21,881 bases of DNA from Azolla caroliniana (lineage: Eukaryota; Plantae; Polypodiophyta), in assembly GCA_043228905.1 (NCBI GenBank), contig JBHGNT010000517.1, positions 1 through 21,881 of the forward strand, written 5' to 3'. The stretch's first letter is position 1, and every line of letters starts with the position of its first letter. Below the pieces are notes generated by a model. The model worked only from the letters and a program-made list of their open reading frames with translations, made no database searches and was not told the origin of the DNA. This document shows positions 20,945 to 21,881 of the stretch, piece by piece. The translations under genes and the position numbers were made by a program.

Positions 20945-21881
20945 TTCCGGAGGTTCAACTGAATCTGATATTAGTCGGTCGGCTAGATGATGAAGGCTAC
21001 ACGGGTAGTATTCGGAATGGAGTTATGAAGTTCAGCAAAAGGAGCCTAATAGTGGCTCAAGCCTGGAAGATCAACACACTGTACTTGATGCATGCTTGGA
21101 TATGTCAGCAAGAAAAAGTAGCATCCAACACTGCTGGTGAGCTGTGACACAAGAGACAGTGTCACATGGGTGAGAAGGGAATGAAGAGACTTGCCAAAGA
21201 TAATCTCATTCCGTTGAAGGACGTGCAACTTGAGAAGTGCACTGATTGTCTTTCCAGCAAGCAAAGCCGAACCTCCTTCCTATCAAGACCACCGATGAGA
21301 TGGAATGCACCACTGCAGCTAGTGCATATCGATGTGTGTCAAGTGGACACGAAGTCACATGCCGGATCACAGTACTTTGTGACATTCATAGATGACCACA
21401 ACCAGAAGATGTGGGTCTCACCGTTGGAAACGAAGGATCAGGTGCTATCTGTCTTCAAGGAACTCCACGCGAGAGTGGAAAGACAAACCGGCTGGAAGTT
21501 GAAGGCGGTTCGAGCAGATAATGGAGGAGAATACTGGGGGCAATTTGAGGAGTACTGCCTATTGAAGGGAATTCGGCTCGAATTTACCGTGCCAAAGAAG
21601 TTGGAACTAAAAGGGTTGCCCGAAAGGATGAACCGGACCATAATGGCTCTAGAGAGTCTAGAGCATGCTAGCACATGCAAAGTTACCCAATACGGTTTGG
21701 GCTGAGGCGCTGACGATGGCGACCTATATGATAAACAGATCACCCTCAGCACCCTTGGAAGGAGACTCACCTCAGAAAGTATGGACCGGTAAAGATGTAT
21801 CTTACCGGCATCTAAAGGTGTTCGGGTGTGTCGCATATGTGCATGTTGCAAAGGGCAAGAGGGCAAAGTTGCATCCGAAGT
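20945..21881 (+). pseudogene. Copia H continuation: GAG-pre-integrase and integrase, runs off window
   Basis: Resumes at …PEVQLNLILVGRLDDEGY, then VTFIDD and ADNGGEY. Its first 55 nt duplicate 15006-15060. Confidence 0.9.

Overview
This window is a eukaryotic (plant-type) nested LTR-retrotransposon cluster with no recognisable host gene. The chromodomain-bearing Ty3/gypsy elements with a PEG10-like Gag suggest a non-seed plant such as a fern, lycophyte or bryophyte; that is inference only. From left to right: Ty3/gypsy chromovirus G1 (+, 1-4585) is inserted into the integrase of Copia A (+, to 6457). Copia A sits in an old Copia E (+), whose integrase is split into 6458-6800 and ~10497-10680, with a deleted Copia B (~6830-9928) in between. 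A Tork/Tnt1-like Copia D (-, 10681-12320) carries a gypsy-type solo LTR (11293-11779) and is interrupted by chromovirus G2 (-, 12321-13373). G2 is interrupted by Tork-like Copia H (+, 13374-15060 and 20945-end), which is interrupted by Tork-like Copia I (-, 15066-20944). All pol genes are disrupted. The most notable signals are: (1) an antisense tRNA-like Pol III A-box/B-box cassette at the 5' end of three diverged gypsy-type LTRs; (2) element I, with an over-long LTR-internal-LTR-PBS-gag structure, one precise end and a 55-bp target duplication; (3) a -1 frameshift cassette in G1; (4) hairpins conserved despite changed arm sequences around the PPT/LTR junction and the TATA box; (5) strong CCGG enrichment in element I. 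Coordinates and counts were read by eye.
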